Positions 63,320 through 64,000 of a DNA stretch of 64,000 nucleotides are shown here, piece by piece (positions within the stretch are counted from its first letter, which is position 1; each line of letters starts with the position of its first letter). The notes under the pieces are model-generated. The model worked only from the letters and a program-made list of their open reading frames with translations. It had not been told where the DNA came from and did not search any database. Both the position numbers and the translations under genes were made by a program. Location: the NCBI GenBank assembly GCA_963726455.1, contig CAVSCK010000001.1, positions 32,001 through 96,000 of the forward strand, read 5' to 3'. The stretch is from an uncultured bacterium (GTDB lineage: Bacteria > Zixibacteria > MSB-5A5 > CAIYYT01).

Positions 63320-63892
63320 CTAAAAATTGAACTTCTTTCGCTTTAGTATGCGGCACAATTTGTCCAGCGCCTTGCCTCGTAAGGGACCGATTGATGACAC
63401 CGGCATCTTCAGTGCCCGCGCAATCTCCTTATATGACGGTTCCTCCGGATCGAGAAACAGCGCCGTCAGCAGCCGGAAATCTCTGTCGTTCAATTCGCTC
63501 ATTGCCGCCAGCAGCGCTTGACGCCGCCGGGCTTGCTCATAGACTTTTTCAGGGTGGTCGGCGCAATCGTCCGCGACCAGTTCCAGCGATTCATCGCCCA
63601 CGATTTCGACCATTCGCAATTTCTGGTAGAAACTATAAATCTGGCGGCGGGTAATTGTGGCTACGACCGCCGGAAGTTTCTCGGCTTCGCGAATGGAGTC
63701 GATGCTCTTGACCAGCTCAAGACAGACTTGCCCGTAGATGTCGAAACTTTCGTCCCGGGTCAATCGGCTGCGTCGGCAGAGGGCAAAGATCACCGGGCCG
63801 ACCAAGTCGATCAGTTCGTGCCAAGCCGGTTCATCACTCTGGCGGCAGAGTCGGACTAGTTCTTCGAGAGTGTGCTGGGCACGTCTGATCAT
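63320..63892 (-). CDS. ECF sigma-70 factor
   Basis: LV..C...DEPAW.EL region 2; region 4 L..RD..LL.ALF...SYKEIA..L.MP..SIGP.R.KAL.KL. Confidence 0.9.
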   Translation of the reverse strand: MIRRAQHTLEELVRLCRQSDEPAWHELIDLVGPVIFALCRRSRLTRDESFDIYGQVCLELVKSIDSIREAEKLPAVVATITRRQIYSFYQKLRMVEIVGDESLELVADDCADHPEKVYEQARRRQALLAAMSELNDRDFRLLTALFLDPEEPSYKEIARALKMPVSSIGPLRGKALDKLCRILKRKKFNF

Positions 63893-64000
63893 CGGCGCTC
63901 GACGAATTTAAGGGCAGTTTTCGGGACCGCGGATTGTACCGGCCTCCGGCAAATCAATATAATGGCTGTCGTCTATCTTCAAAGCGAAATGATGAATCAG

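Overview
Bacterial chromosomal window of moderately high GC. Lineage inference: an anaerobic FCB-related diderm, most like candidate division Zixibacteria, based on a dockerin-tailed secreted enzyme, FlgD-Ig/T9SS-type C-termini and a PorV-like gene. Contents in order: a Cus-like metal-efflux locus (adaptor, TolC, YHS protein); a putative new RiPP locus; rtcA, yjbQ, a VOC gene and a tandem-Lrp protein; a NuoE/NuoF/fused GltD-NuoG electron-bifurcating-type oxidoreductase; pepF; a small structured transcript plus rsgA; a 2.5k-aa surface protein plus PorV; lon, an S1 protease with a free prodomain paralog, htpX and ptrB; TolC and a TPR protein; rrf2-iscS-mnmA; a long minus-strand operon (obg, dprA, ptsH, ptsI, pgi/pmi, four unknown membrane proteins, nucleotidyltransferase, metK, ahcY); and an ECF sigma / putative anti-sigma / TPR-CHAT / S8-dockerin / Cys-repeat module. 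The top find is at 3341-6777. Two radical SAM/SPASM enzymes are interleaved with three 31-33 aa paralogous peptides missed by the ORF track (leader M[RK]FIEQP[MI]P[DE], two Cys, aromatic-aromatic-PI-x-P tail). Each peptide has the same RBS and a conserved 3' RNA hairpin, and two have their own sigma70 promoters. Three apparent single-base frameshifts suggest assembly indels. No tRNA, rRNA, CRISPR array or transposase was recognised. All family assignments are from motif recognition, not database searches.
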